Below are positions 13,964 to 23,924 of a stretch of DNA of 64,000 nucleotides, piece after piece. The stretch's first letter is position 1. Each line of letters starts with the position of its first letter. A program made the position numbers and the translations under genes. Below the pieces are notes generated by a model. The model was given only the letters and a program-made list of their open reading frames with translations, was not told where the DNA came from and ran no database searches. Source of the stretch: Squalus acanthias (Eukaryota); NCBI GenBank assembly GCA_030390025.1, contig CM059438.1:21266001-21330000 (forward strand), written 5' to 3'.

Positions 13964-14069
13964 TGTAATAGAGCCACCTGGTGGACTACTGATATATATA
14001 ATAATAAAGCCATATGCAGTACGGTTCTTACTTGGAAGCCATGTTGTGCTGTTGTGTATCTATATGCTG
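13964..14069 (+). repeat. 3' LTR, missing its last ~17 nt
   Basis: Matches the 5' LTR with about 7 substitutions and 1 indel over ~105 nt, then breaks off before TGTCTCAAGATATTACA. Confidence 0.9.
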
Positions 14070-14692
14070 CGACCAACCAATCTGCTTCCAGGAAGCAGGT
14101 TGGTCATTTAAATATTATGCCTCAGATTTAATCTGCATTTTAACTTTCATGCTGGCCCACTTCTCCTGGTCCTCGGGAGATCTGGCAGCTAAAGGGAGGC
14201 GAGGACTGCTGGATCCAGCAAGTAAGTGCCTTTCAAGTGACTTTCCACTTATCTGCTGGATCCAGCTTACCTACTTCGGCAAACCCCCGCCCCCACCCCC
14301 GCTGTCTCCAACCCTCCGATCGATCCACAGCCCCCCAATATCTCCGACTCTCCAACTCTCCGATGACTCCAACACTCCAGTGCGTCTCTGACCCTTTGAT
14401 GTCTCTGACCTCCCAATGTTTTCAACCCCCCCTGATGTCTCCGACCCCCCTTATGCCTCCGACCTCCCCACCCGCCCCCCCGATGTTTCCGACTTTCTGA
14501 TCTATCCACGGCCCCCGACCCATGATCTCTCCCACACTTCTTCCTCGCCGCGGCATGGTGCCATAGGCCTTCCCGCCCGACAACCAGCCAGCCTCTCAAT
14601 CTGACTGGCTGCGGCTGAGAAACGGAGACAAAAAATTTTAATCAGACCCTGCCCCCACCACCCCCCCCCCCATCTCAAATTAATATTGGGGC
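14070..14692. mobile_element. Truncated MITE-like element with internal C-rich minisatellite
   Basis: Hairpin GACCAACC..CTGCTTCC/GGAAGCAGGTTGGTC at the start, repeated CCGATGTCTCCGACCCCC-like units at ~14300-14530, and right end AATATTGGGGCC. No left TIR found. Confidence 0.45.
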
Positions 14693-14715
14693 CATAGCTT
14701 CAGTTTAAACCTCAT

Positions 14716-14906
14716 GGGGGTATTTTTAACTTTAGACAATGGTGTAAAATGAGCAATATCAAATTAGCTGTCCATTATACACCACGCCTGATTTTCCTTT
14801 ACATTTAAGTCAATGGAAGGGAAAATCAGGCGAGGTGTACAATCAATGGCCAATTCGATGGGGCCCATTTTACACCATTGCCCAAAGTTAAAATTACCAC
14901 CCCCCC
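14716..14906. mobile_element. Foldback MITE (~190 bp)
   Basis: Outer arms GGTATTTTTAACTTTAGACAATGGTGTAAAAT and ATTTTACACCATTGCCCAAAGTTAAAATTACC, inner arms CGCCTGATTTTCC/GGAAAATCAGGCG, flanked by CAT on both sides. Confidence 0.75.
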
Positions 14907-14957
14907 CATCTATTCATTCATACTTTACCTCTTACACATTTCAAGATGGCTTCAGCC

Positions 14958-15344
14958 GAGTGTCAGAAGGTTGTGGGTTCAAGCCCCACTGTTGAGACTT
15001 GAGCGCGAAAATCTAGGCCTAGACTCCAGTGCAGTACTGAGGGAGTGCTGCACTGTCAGAGGTGCCATCTTTTGGATGAGACATTAATCTGAGGCCCTAT
15101 CTCAGGTGGATTTAAAGGATCCCCGGTGTCCTGGCTAATATTTATGCCTCAATCAACATCATTAAAACAGATTAGCTGGTCCATTATCACATTGCTGTTT
15201 GTGGGAGCTTGCTGTGCACAAATTGGCTGCTGCGTTTCCTACATTACAACAGTGACTCCACTTCAAAAAGTACTTTATTGGCTGTAAACACTTTGGGACG
15301 TCCGGTGGTCATGAATGGCGCTATATAAATGCAAGTCTTTCTTT
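14958..15344 (+). mobile_element. tRNA-derived Deu-domain SINE (SacSINE1/AmnSINE1-like)
   Basis: B-box GGTTCAAGCCC, CAGTGCAGTACTGAGGGAGTGCTGCACTGTC core and L2-like tail GGCGCTATATAAATGCAAGTCTTTCTTT. Confidence 0.8.
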
Positions 15345-16039
15345 ATAACTGCAGGTTATTGAACATAAATTAAATCATTATTTAATGCCGTAAGAATTTT
15401 TAGGAACTGGAAAGGGCCATCAAGCTCAAACAAGCCTTTTTCATAGATTAACCATATTTCCCCAAATATTTCTCTCTCTGGAACTGCATCCAATTGTCTC
15501 TTAAACCCATATTATTTAATTAATGGACTAATTAACGTGAGTTTGTGTTCACCTTTCATAAAAGTTTTATTCACATTACCACTAACATCACCATGGAGAA
15601 GGTAGGAATCTTAGTCCTGAGAAAATAAGTGATTATTGAGGTATTTTCACTTACTCTGAAAGGCTTACATTGCTTCTGAATTATGAATCTTTCACATGTG
15701 TGAATGAACCTCAACAATCATTCTCAGCGCGTTATCCAGTATAGTAATTTAATTATTCTTCTCTCAATTATTTTCCTACTTCCGTAAATGTACTCTGGGC
15801 CCCAGGCTTCTCCAAGGTATTATTAATGGTGGTTTGTACTGGAAGACACGAAGTAGTTCTACTTCTCTCACCCGAATGGAGCACTCTGCTCACACAGGAG
15901 GTACTGATGACTTTTACTCACGACATAGTAGCTTAATTTTTAACGAATGATCTGTTTATTTCTGCTTTATGAGACACACAACCACAATGCCATGTTTGAA
16001 AATGGATTCAATCCAGTTGTGTACCTGACTAATCGTGGA

Positions 16040-16980
16040 ACCCTACGGCACAGAAGGAGGCCATTCGGCCCATCGTGCCTGTGCCAGCTCTTTGAAAGAG
16101 CTGTCCAATTAGTCCCACTCCCCTGCTCTTTCCCCAAAGCCCTGCAATTTTCTCCCCTTCAAGTATATATCCAACTCCCTTTTGAAAGCTACTATTGAAT
16201 CTGCTAACACCGCCCTTTCAGGCATCGCATTTCAGATCATTATAACACGCTGTGTAAAAAAAAATGTCTTCTCATCTCACGTCTGGCTCTTTTGCTATTA
16301 CTTTAAATCTGTGTCCTCTGGTTACTGACCCTTCTACCAGTGAAAACAGTTTCTCCTTATTTACCCTTCATGATTTGAACACCTCCATTAAATCTCTCCT
16401 TAACCTTCTCTGCTCTAAGGAATACAATCCCAGTTGCTCTAGTCTCTCCATGTAACTGAAGTCCCTCATCCCTGGTAGCATTCTAGTAAATCTCCTCCGC
16501 ATCTTCTCCAAGGTCTTGACGTCCTTCAAAAAGTGGGGTGCCCAGAATTGAACACAATGCTCCCAGATGATGCCTAACCAGTGATTTTATCTGCCATGTG
16601 TCTGTCCATTTCACCAGTCTGTCTATGTCCTCCTGAAATCTGTTACTATCCTCTTCACTGTTTAATACTTTTCCGATTTTTGTATCATCTGCAAATGTTG
16701 AAATTATGCCCTGTATACCCAAGTCCAGGTCATGAATATATATCAAAAAGAGCAGTGGTCCCAATCAATGCTCCCTCTAAGCAGCACGGCCACGCAGGCC
16801 GCTCACCAGCTTCTCCATTGTAAATACTAACAGAAACAGGCCGCGCAGAACAAACCACAGCTTACAGGGAACAATGGTCCTAATACCGACCCCTGGGGAA
16901 CACCACTGTATACTTCCCTCCAGTCTGAAAAACAACCATTCACCACTACTCTCTGCTTTCTGTCTCTTCGCCAATATTTC
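16040..16980 (-). mobile_element. CR1 LINE fragment with internal deletion
   Basis: Minus translations give [11 protein letters not shown] and TFADDTKIG; CR1 3' UTR near 16045-16200. Confidence 0.85.
16766..16876. mobile_element. hAT-type MITE (111 bp) nested in CR1
   Basis: TIRs CAATGCTCCCTCTAAGC and GCTTACAGGGAACAATG (14/17); 8-bp TSD GTCCCAAT/GTCCTAAT. Confidence 0.8.
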
Positions 16981-16989
16981 TTCACTAAT

Positions 16990-17200
16990 ACAACAACAGA
17001 AAATGCTGGAAACACTCAGCAGGTCAGGCAGCATCGTGGAGAGAGAAACAGAGTTAACGTTTCAGGTCGATGACCATTCAAAGGGTTACAGACCTGAAAC
17101 GTTAACCCTGTTTCTCTCCTCGATGCTGCCTGACCTGCTGAGTGTTTCCAGCATTTTCTGTTGTTGTTTCAGATTTCCAGCATTCGCAGTATTTTGCTAT
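16990..17200. mobile_element. Penelope-like terminal inverted repeat (long hairpin)
   Basis: About 85-bp arms, ACAACAACAGAAAATGCTGGAAACACTCAGCAGGTCAGGCAGCATC... and its reverse complement ending at 17167. Family assignment is from recall of shark PLE termini. Confidence 0.7.
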
Positions 17201-17387
17201 TGTTTCTTCATTAATATATGTGGTAACTTCTTGAACTCCAGCAGTTACAAAGAACATAATAATTCTAAGTGTTTGCCTACTCTGTGTATTTGCAAATATC
17301 ATTAAAATACCATCTAACAGTTCAGTTGAGAGCTGTCTAAATATGTCAGTTGGGTAGAACAGAGTTCAAATGTTCAAATGTTCAAAT

Positions 17388-17853
17388 GAAGCTCGACACC
17401 ATCCAGGACAAAGCAGTCCGCTTGATTGGTATCCCATCTACCACCTTAAACATTCACTCCCTCCACCACCGGCGTACCGTGGCTGCAGTGTGTACCATCT
17501 ACAAGATGCATTGCAGCAACTCGCCAAGGCTTCTTCGGCAGCACCTCCCAAACCCATGACCTCTACCACCTAGAAGGACAAGGGCATCAGGCGCATGGGA
17601 ACACCACCACCTCCAAGTTCCCCTCCAAGTCACACACCATCCTGATTTAGAAGTATATCGCCGTTCCTTCATCATCGCTGGGTCAAAATCCTGGAACTCC
17701 CTCCCTAACAGCACTGTGGGAGTACCTTCACCACACGGACTGCAGCGGTTCAAGAAGGCGGCTCACCACCACCTTCTCAAGGGCAATTAGGGATGGGCAA
17801 TAAATGCTAGCCTTGCCAGCGACGCCCACATCCCACAAACGAATTTTAAAAAA
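17388..17853 (+). mobile_element. LINE 3' end (CR1/L2-group, family uncertain)
   Basis: KLDTIQDKAVRLIG...SLHHRRTVAAVCTIYKMH, followed by AATAAA and an A-rich tail. Confidence 0.75.
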
Positions 17854-19929
17854 ATGTCAGTTGAGATTGGATATGGGAGTCCGGTTCACTTTGTTACAAG
17901 TTAGGTCATTCAATGTAAGTGTTACTTTTTTATTTTGTGCTTTTGTCTGTTTTCTTTTTGGGATTGCACACATATGTGGTTGCTGTTGCAAGCATATTTT
18001 GGAATTAGGTTACAAAACTACAGCAAGCCAGTACTTTAGCAACTACAATAAGCAGTACATATCTCAAATCTGATTGCAGTTAAAGGCATTACCAAATTGT
18101 GACTAAAAGCACAAGTGGCAATATTTCTTCATGAATTCTTGTAAAGTGAACGTTCCTGAACAGTGAATGGTTATAAATGAATGTAGAATTAAGAAGCAAA
18201 TAACATTGTGCAATGCAGTGATACAGGACCTTGTTGTATTATTGCACTGGGTTATGAAGTAGTTGGACACCAATTCATCCCTATGATTCTTCACATACGG
18301 ATTTCCCGATCCTGGCTGAATCGTCAGATATATATGCCAAGCTCAGGCTCACACTCCCTGCAGGGAAGGCTCTTTTCATAATACCCTGTGGAGACCCCAA
18401 AAGAAACTGGTGGAGTCATCCTGGCTAACAGTCGTGGTGGAGAATAACAGAACACCATTAGCAGAGGCTTAGGTGCAGCTCAACTACTTGAGGTCTGCTG
18501 GCTGGAGAATGATATCTGTCATAGAGGGGAAGCTTTAAAAATTAAAAGGAAATATAAATTCAGAAAAACAAACTGCAAAACTGGGTAGAATAAAAACGAA
18601 CTGCGACATTGTTTGGAAATTGAAAACAAATGAATGAGCTCACTGGGGGAAAGGTTTCTGTGTGAGCAAATAATCTGAATCCAAAATTCGAAAATTATAA
18701 CCTTTCCATCCATAACACAGCAGAATTTAATAAACCTCCTGTATGGTGTAGAAAACAATGAATGACTGGGAGTAAACTACAAGGCTATAATCTAAACAAG
18801 GAGCTCAGATAATGCCACAAGCCTTGAAGGTGAAGCCCAAATTGTTTATAAATGTCTGTGATCCACTGGATAACGCATCAGCCTTCAGTACACTCATTGG
18901 TAGCTGTTATTTTTAAATACATATATATACACATATATGTTAACAGATCTCCCATGGTGCTGATACAACTGACATTAAGAGCTTACTGTATGGGGATCAG
19001 GAGTGCTAGCCCAAGTCTTACAACTCATGTGACATAGCACTCTGGTCTATCAACATACTGCACCATGGAGCCATCCTTTGAGACTCTGTTTTGTAAGAGA
19101 GCAATCAATTTTCAATATTTCACTAATGTACTTGGTAAAATAGTGTCTTGATAACCCAGTAGCAGGACCTATCTTTTTTTATTATTAAAAAATGAGTGTT
19201 CCTTTTAACTTCATAACCACTTCTGCGCAAGTCCAGTCTGCTTAGTATTAGATGTTTTAAAACTTTCTTCTGCCTGGAATTTTCATTAAAAAAACCAAGA
19301 AATACTTTCTTCCGTGCCTGATTACACTGAAGTTTCAGAGATGAGGCACAGCATCATACCAGCAGGGTGCGCTGTGCAACACTGCATCATCACAGCCACT
19401 GCTAGTGTTTCTGTCAGATGTTTAAATAGAAATCAACTTCAGCATTTTCGCAAGAGCACATGCAGCTCTTGTTTCTGATCCTCTACAGTACACGCCCATA
19501 AAAACGTGTGGTCTGTCTTCTAAGTTTTCCGGTAGCATATCATTTTAGTCATAATAATGAGATTTTAATTTTAACCCCCGCCCGGCAGAAACAGTGTGAG
19601 CGGAGGGGTTAAAGTCACGTCTGTGGCCAGCCGCGCCCCCCGCCACCCCCACCCACCATTTCAACTGACCTGTGTGTCAAGAGGGGTTCTAATTAAAAGG
19701 CTAAAGTCGCGCTCCGATGTAGTCATACCCGCTCCCACAGCATCTTAACTCTAAATTGCGGGTGCTCCTCCCATTCTCGGACCTGCCAGCAAAACCTAGC
19801 GGGATTGGTGTTCGAGAGCTCCACAGGCAGTATAAAAGAGGGGGGGGGGGGGCTCTCAGCTGGATCACAAGATCTTTTGCCGTCTGGATTGTCGGGAGTG
19901 TTTCAAGCTTCCAGCCCTCTGCAACCGCC

Positions 19930-20808
19930 TGCAACACAACCTGTTGCTTGCTAGGCCAGGGAGGTGGGGGGCAAGCCTTGCCAGTGGCCCTCAAAGTCAC
20001 CACAGCCCTGAATATTTATGCCACTGGCTCTTTTCAGCCTGCAAGGGGGGACATCAGACGCATATCACAGTCTGAAGTTCACAGCTGCATTAAGCAAGTG
20101 ACCAAAGCCCTACACCACTGAGCAGTACATCACCTTCCCCACTGACCTCAGCAGCAGTTGCTGCCTTCCCTCGCATAGAGGGCATGATTGACTGTATGCA
20201 CATGGCCATTAGGGCACCGGGACACAAGCCAGCAACATTAGTAATGGAACAGGATACCACTTTATCAATGTACAGTTCATGGCTGATCACAGGAACAACA
20301 TCATGCAGGTCTGTGCAAGGTATCCAGGGAGCTTCAAAGATGCTTTTATTCTCAGACACTCTACTATCCCCTGCTATTCGGCCTTGGGAGGAGCGTGACA
20401 GTATGGCTGCTAGGGGACAACCGATAGCCCCTGAAGAACTGGCTGATAACGCTTCTGTGCAATCCCACCATGCCAGAGCAGCACAGATATAATCAAAGCC
20501 AGGGCCCAACCTGGAACCTTGTAGAGCACACGATAGGACTGCTCAAGCTGAGGTTTAGATGTCTGGACCGCTCGGGGGACTCCCTGCAATATGTCCCCTA
20601 ATAGACACAGCTATTATGATGTGGAATGCGCAATATTTCATCGCAGGCAGGCCTGAATTCGGAGGATGAAGAGCAGCAGCAGCAGCAGTCATTATCAGAT
20701 GAGGAAGACCTGGAGGAAGGAGAGGAAGCAGCAGAGGAAGGAGGGCCACATCGGCACCTTGCAGCCAGAGATATCAGGGATCAGCACATAGCTCAGTGAT
20801 TCCGCTGA
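19930..20808 (+). pseudogene. Harbinger DDE transposase (HARBI1-like) remnant
   Basis: ALPVALKVTTALNIYATGSFQ, GMIDCMHMAI, GYHFINVQ..YPGS, WLLGD and VEHTIGLLKLRFRCLDRSG, spread across shifting frames. Confidence 0.85.
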
Positions 20809-20972
20809 GCCGTGCACACCCGAGAACTTACAAAGAGCCTCTCAGATAACAGTCCTAGTCACACTATTCACCACTCTCTGAGGAACATTCAAACCATTCA
20901 GACAACTTCTATATCCATGACATTCTGACCATGCAGACGCAAAAGCTGCTATTAAACCACTCTGCAGACCAA

Positions 20973-21658
20973 GGGGGAAAAATTGGGTAACGTCGCCGGG
21001 GCGCTAATTTTAGCTTCCCGAAAAAGTTAGCGCCCCTCCCCTGAAATTCAGTCGTAGCGCCCCAAGTAGGAGATGGAGTGCTACTGGAAGCGCTCCACCT
21101 CCTTCTTGAGGCGCTACTACTCAATGTCGCGGTGCTACGTGCCGCCGCATCATTGCAGGCCTCCTCCCCTGATTAAAGGGGAGGGGCCTAGCGCTGTGTG
21201 CACCGGGGCCCTCCCAGACCACCGGGGAGTGGGGTGCCGTGGAAACAGCCCGGCACGCGAGGAGTGCCGTGCTGAGCAATCGCGGCCGGCACCCTGAGTA
21301 AAAAAGGGGGCAGGTGCTGGTAGTCAGCCAAATAAAATGGCCGCCCGACACCTGCCCTTTAAGTAGCGCCGTCGCACGCTACCGCCGCTGCAAATCTGCC
21401 CCCTGATTCTGTCGGTCCCATCGCCCAGCGATAGTTATGGGGACGCAAGGGAAATTTGCGGCCAGGGAGCAAACGGGGTGCTGCGCACGGCAATGACGTC
21501 ATCATCGTCGGCGCAGCGGAGCGGGGCGCTAGCGGCTACTGCCGCCGCTAACCGCCATCTTAATTTCACGGGAGGTGTTAGCGGCGCCACGCCCAAGCGC
21601 TAGGGCGTTTGCCCCAGGGGCGCTAACGAGAGGCGCAAAGCAACCCAATTTCTCCCCC
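20973..21658. mobile_element. CpG-rich Harbinger-type MITE (686 bp)
   Basis: TIRs GGGGGAAAAATTGGGT and ACCCAATTTCTCCCCC (15/16), flanked by CAA and TAA; very high CpG content. Confidence 0.8.
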
Positions 21659-21744
21659 TAAAGTCCCAAATGCAATAAAGATGACTAATTTAATGTCAAA
21701 CATAATAAATGTCTTCCATTCATTTCTCACCAAGGTGATCAACC

Positions 21745-23850
21745 CATAGTGCTTTTCTTTAAAGAAGGTTTTCTAACTCTACTACTCCTACAAGGTGCTC
21801 CCCTATTGGGCTGAGCAGAACTGGTGGAAGGCTGCTGTTCCTCATGTGCAGACCCTCAACATGCTCATAGCTGGTGACTTCTAGGTGCCCGGGCCTGTGA
21901 GGATGGCAAGTATTGTTTAAGGGGGGACAATGTGCAGACATCCTGGTAGAGCCCAGCACGTGCTGCTTGCACCATTGCCATTCCCCTGGGGCTGCAGCTC
22001 ATCATATCCAGTAATCTGTGGGAAAGAAGATTGCTGAAAAGCCCCTATCCATTCGATCCACTGTGCTCTATAGTGTGGAGCCCAGAGTCTGCATGGCAGT
22101 CGTTTGAGCTTCCACCAAAGCTGCAAATCGTGCTAGTGTGGACTCCTACTGTGAGGTCTCCTCTATCGCATCCCTGGAGGATACCACACTATCCAGGGTA
22201 GACTGCAGAGTGGAGATGCCAGGCGAGATTACATCACTGTGCCTGGATACAGACTCCTTTACACTCTCATAGTGGTGAAACTCCTTGCATCCGTTCCAAT
22301 ACCTCATAGAGCTATCTGTGTAAGGACAGCAGTTTTCTTCTTGTGGCTGGGCCCCGGAAGTCCTTACCTCTGTCGTCCTCAACAGAGCTGGGAGAGGGTC
22401 TCACCCTCCAGCAAGGTTTCTCCTGTGCTGTTTCTGCCACCAGTTGCTGCTGCTGCCCACTGGACCGCTCAAGCTCACGACATAGCCTCCACAGAGTGCC
22501 AGTGTCTGAGCTGGTGCCTGGGAGGGTTGGATCGTCTGATTCTTCATCCTCTGGGGAATTGTCCCCCTCCGAAGTCTGTTCTTCTATGGGAGACTCCGGG
22601 TTGAGAAGGCCCTAAAGAAAGAAAGACTTGCATTTATATAGCGCCTTTCACGACCACCGGACGTCTCAAAGCGCTTTACAGACAATGAAATACTTTTGAA
22701 GTGGAGTCACTGTTGTAATGTGGGAAACGCAACAGCCAATTTGCGCACAGCAAGGTCCCACAAACAGCAATGTGATAATGACCGGATAATCTGTTTTTGT
22801 TATGTTGATTGAGGGATAAATATTGGCCAGGACACCAGGAATAACTCCCCTGCTCTTCTTCAAAATAGTGCCATGGGATTTTTTACGTCCACCTGAGAGA
22901 GCAGAAGGGGTCTCGGTTTAACGTCTTATCCGAAAGAAAGAGAAAATGGAGAAGTGTTAGAGAGAAGAAGTTGCACATGATCAGGTAACAGTCTAGAGAA
23001 TGCAGATTGATGTTGCTAAGCTTGCTGTATCTGCGCTGAGTATAATGAAGGAATACAGCCTCTCCTGGCCCAATTCTCATGACCCTGCCTGGACCAAAGC
23101 TCTTGAGGGCTTCTTGCTCTGCGTGATGAGTGCAATGATGTTGGGCACTCCTCCACCTTTCCTGTTCCTCTCCTGGCATTATCTGCTGCCTTGTCCTGCA
23201 GAAAGAGAGGGCGAGAGTGAGTGTGCTTTAAAAAGGTGAGTGGACATGTGTGGGGCTTGCGCATAAAGTGGATGTGTTGAGAGGTGTAGAAGAAGCAAGG
23301 TGGAATGAGGCTGGGGAGGTGTTTAACGTAAAGGGAAGTGTGCATGATGCGAAGTGAGGAAGGAGTGGTGGAAGTAGTTGGTGGTTCTGCAAGTGATGGT
23401 ATGTGAGAAGAGAATGGTGTTACTGTGTGGTGTGAAGAGAGGAAAGGAGGAGATGAGTGTGTTTGGAATGAGCAAGAGAGGTGCCTTAGTGTGCCCTTGT
23501 GATTGTATAGTGAAGGATATGATGGAGGGAAGGTAATAGTTAAGAGTGATGGGGGAAGGGGTGAGAGGTGTGTTATCAGGTGGTGTTGAGAGAGGTGTAG
23601 AGGTGAAGAGATGTACTCATGCTTGCTGCTCTTGTGAGGTCATTGAACCTCTTCCTACACTGAACCCTGGTCCTGGGGGTGATGTTGCTGGCACTGACTC
23701 TCTCAGCCTCCTCTGTCCAGGTCTGCTTGACAGTGGTCTTGGAGATGCTCCTGTGGGTGCTGATGAAGAGTACCTCCCTCCTGGGCCTCACATCCTCCAC
23801 TAGGACCTCCATGGATGCATCAGGAAAGTGGGGGTAGCCCTTCGACTCAT
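21745..23850 (-). pseudogene. Harbinger Myb/SANT-like DNA-binding protein gene remnant, probably 3 exons
   Basis: Exon at ~23621-23850 encodes FPDASMEVLVEDV...TWTEEAERVS..RTRVQCRKRFNDL. The next exon follows a TTTCTGCAG acceptor (ends 23195 on +), and a low-complexity last exon lies at ~21745-22610. Confidence 0.75.
22614..22937 (-). mobile_element. Deu-domain SINE 3' part
   Basis: Reverse complement of the 14958-15344 element including its tail. Confidence 0.8.
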
Positions 23851-23924
23851 CTCTGTAGCCAACAAGGCTTTTAGAGTTGTTGTGTGAAAAATGCAAGCAA
23901 GATGCAATGTCGATTACCTTCACG

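Larger units (their letters stand above)
7720..14069 (+). mobile_element. Ty3/Gypsy LTR retrotransposon, full length but decayed, with nested CR1
   Basis: Paired LTRs, PBS and PPT are present. Domains occur in Gypsy order: gag zinc knuckles, protease (IDTGAS), RT (YLDD), RNase H (CDAS), integrase (HHCC, D,D35E). Confidence 0.95.
19562..23920. mobile_element. Decayed autonomous PIF/Harbinger transposon with two convergent genes
   Basis: DDE nuclease remnants on + and a Myb/SANT-like gene on -. Outer boundaries approximate; TIRs not confidently identified. Confidence 0.8.

Noticed and set aside
14300-14530. CRISPR-like array
   Set aside because: Degenerate C-rich minisatellite without unique spacers, in a eukaryotic context with no cas genes.
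14958-15010. tRNA gene
   Set aside because: Only a B-box-like SINE head is present; no cloverleaf.
18100-18340. Possible ancient transposase C-terminus (RDELVSNYF on -)
   Set aside because: Too short, and no upstream catalytic motifs are recognisable.
19756-23923. Host genes HARBI1 or NAIF1/MSANTD
   Set aside because: Frameshifts, stops, nested insertions and the convergent two-gene layout indicate a dead transposon.
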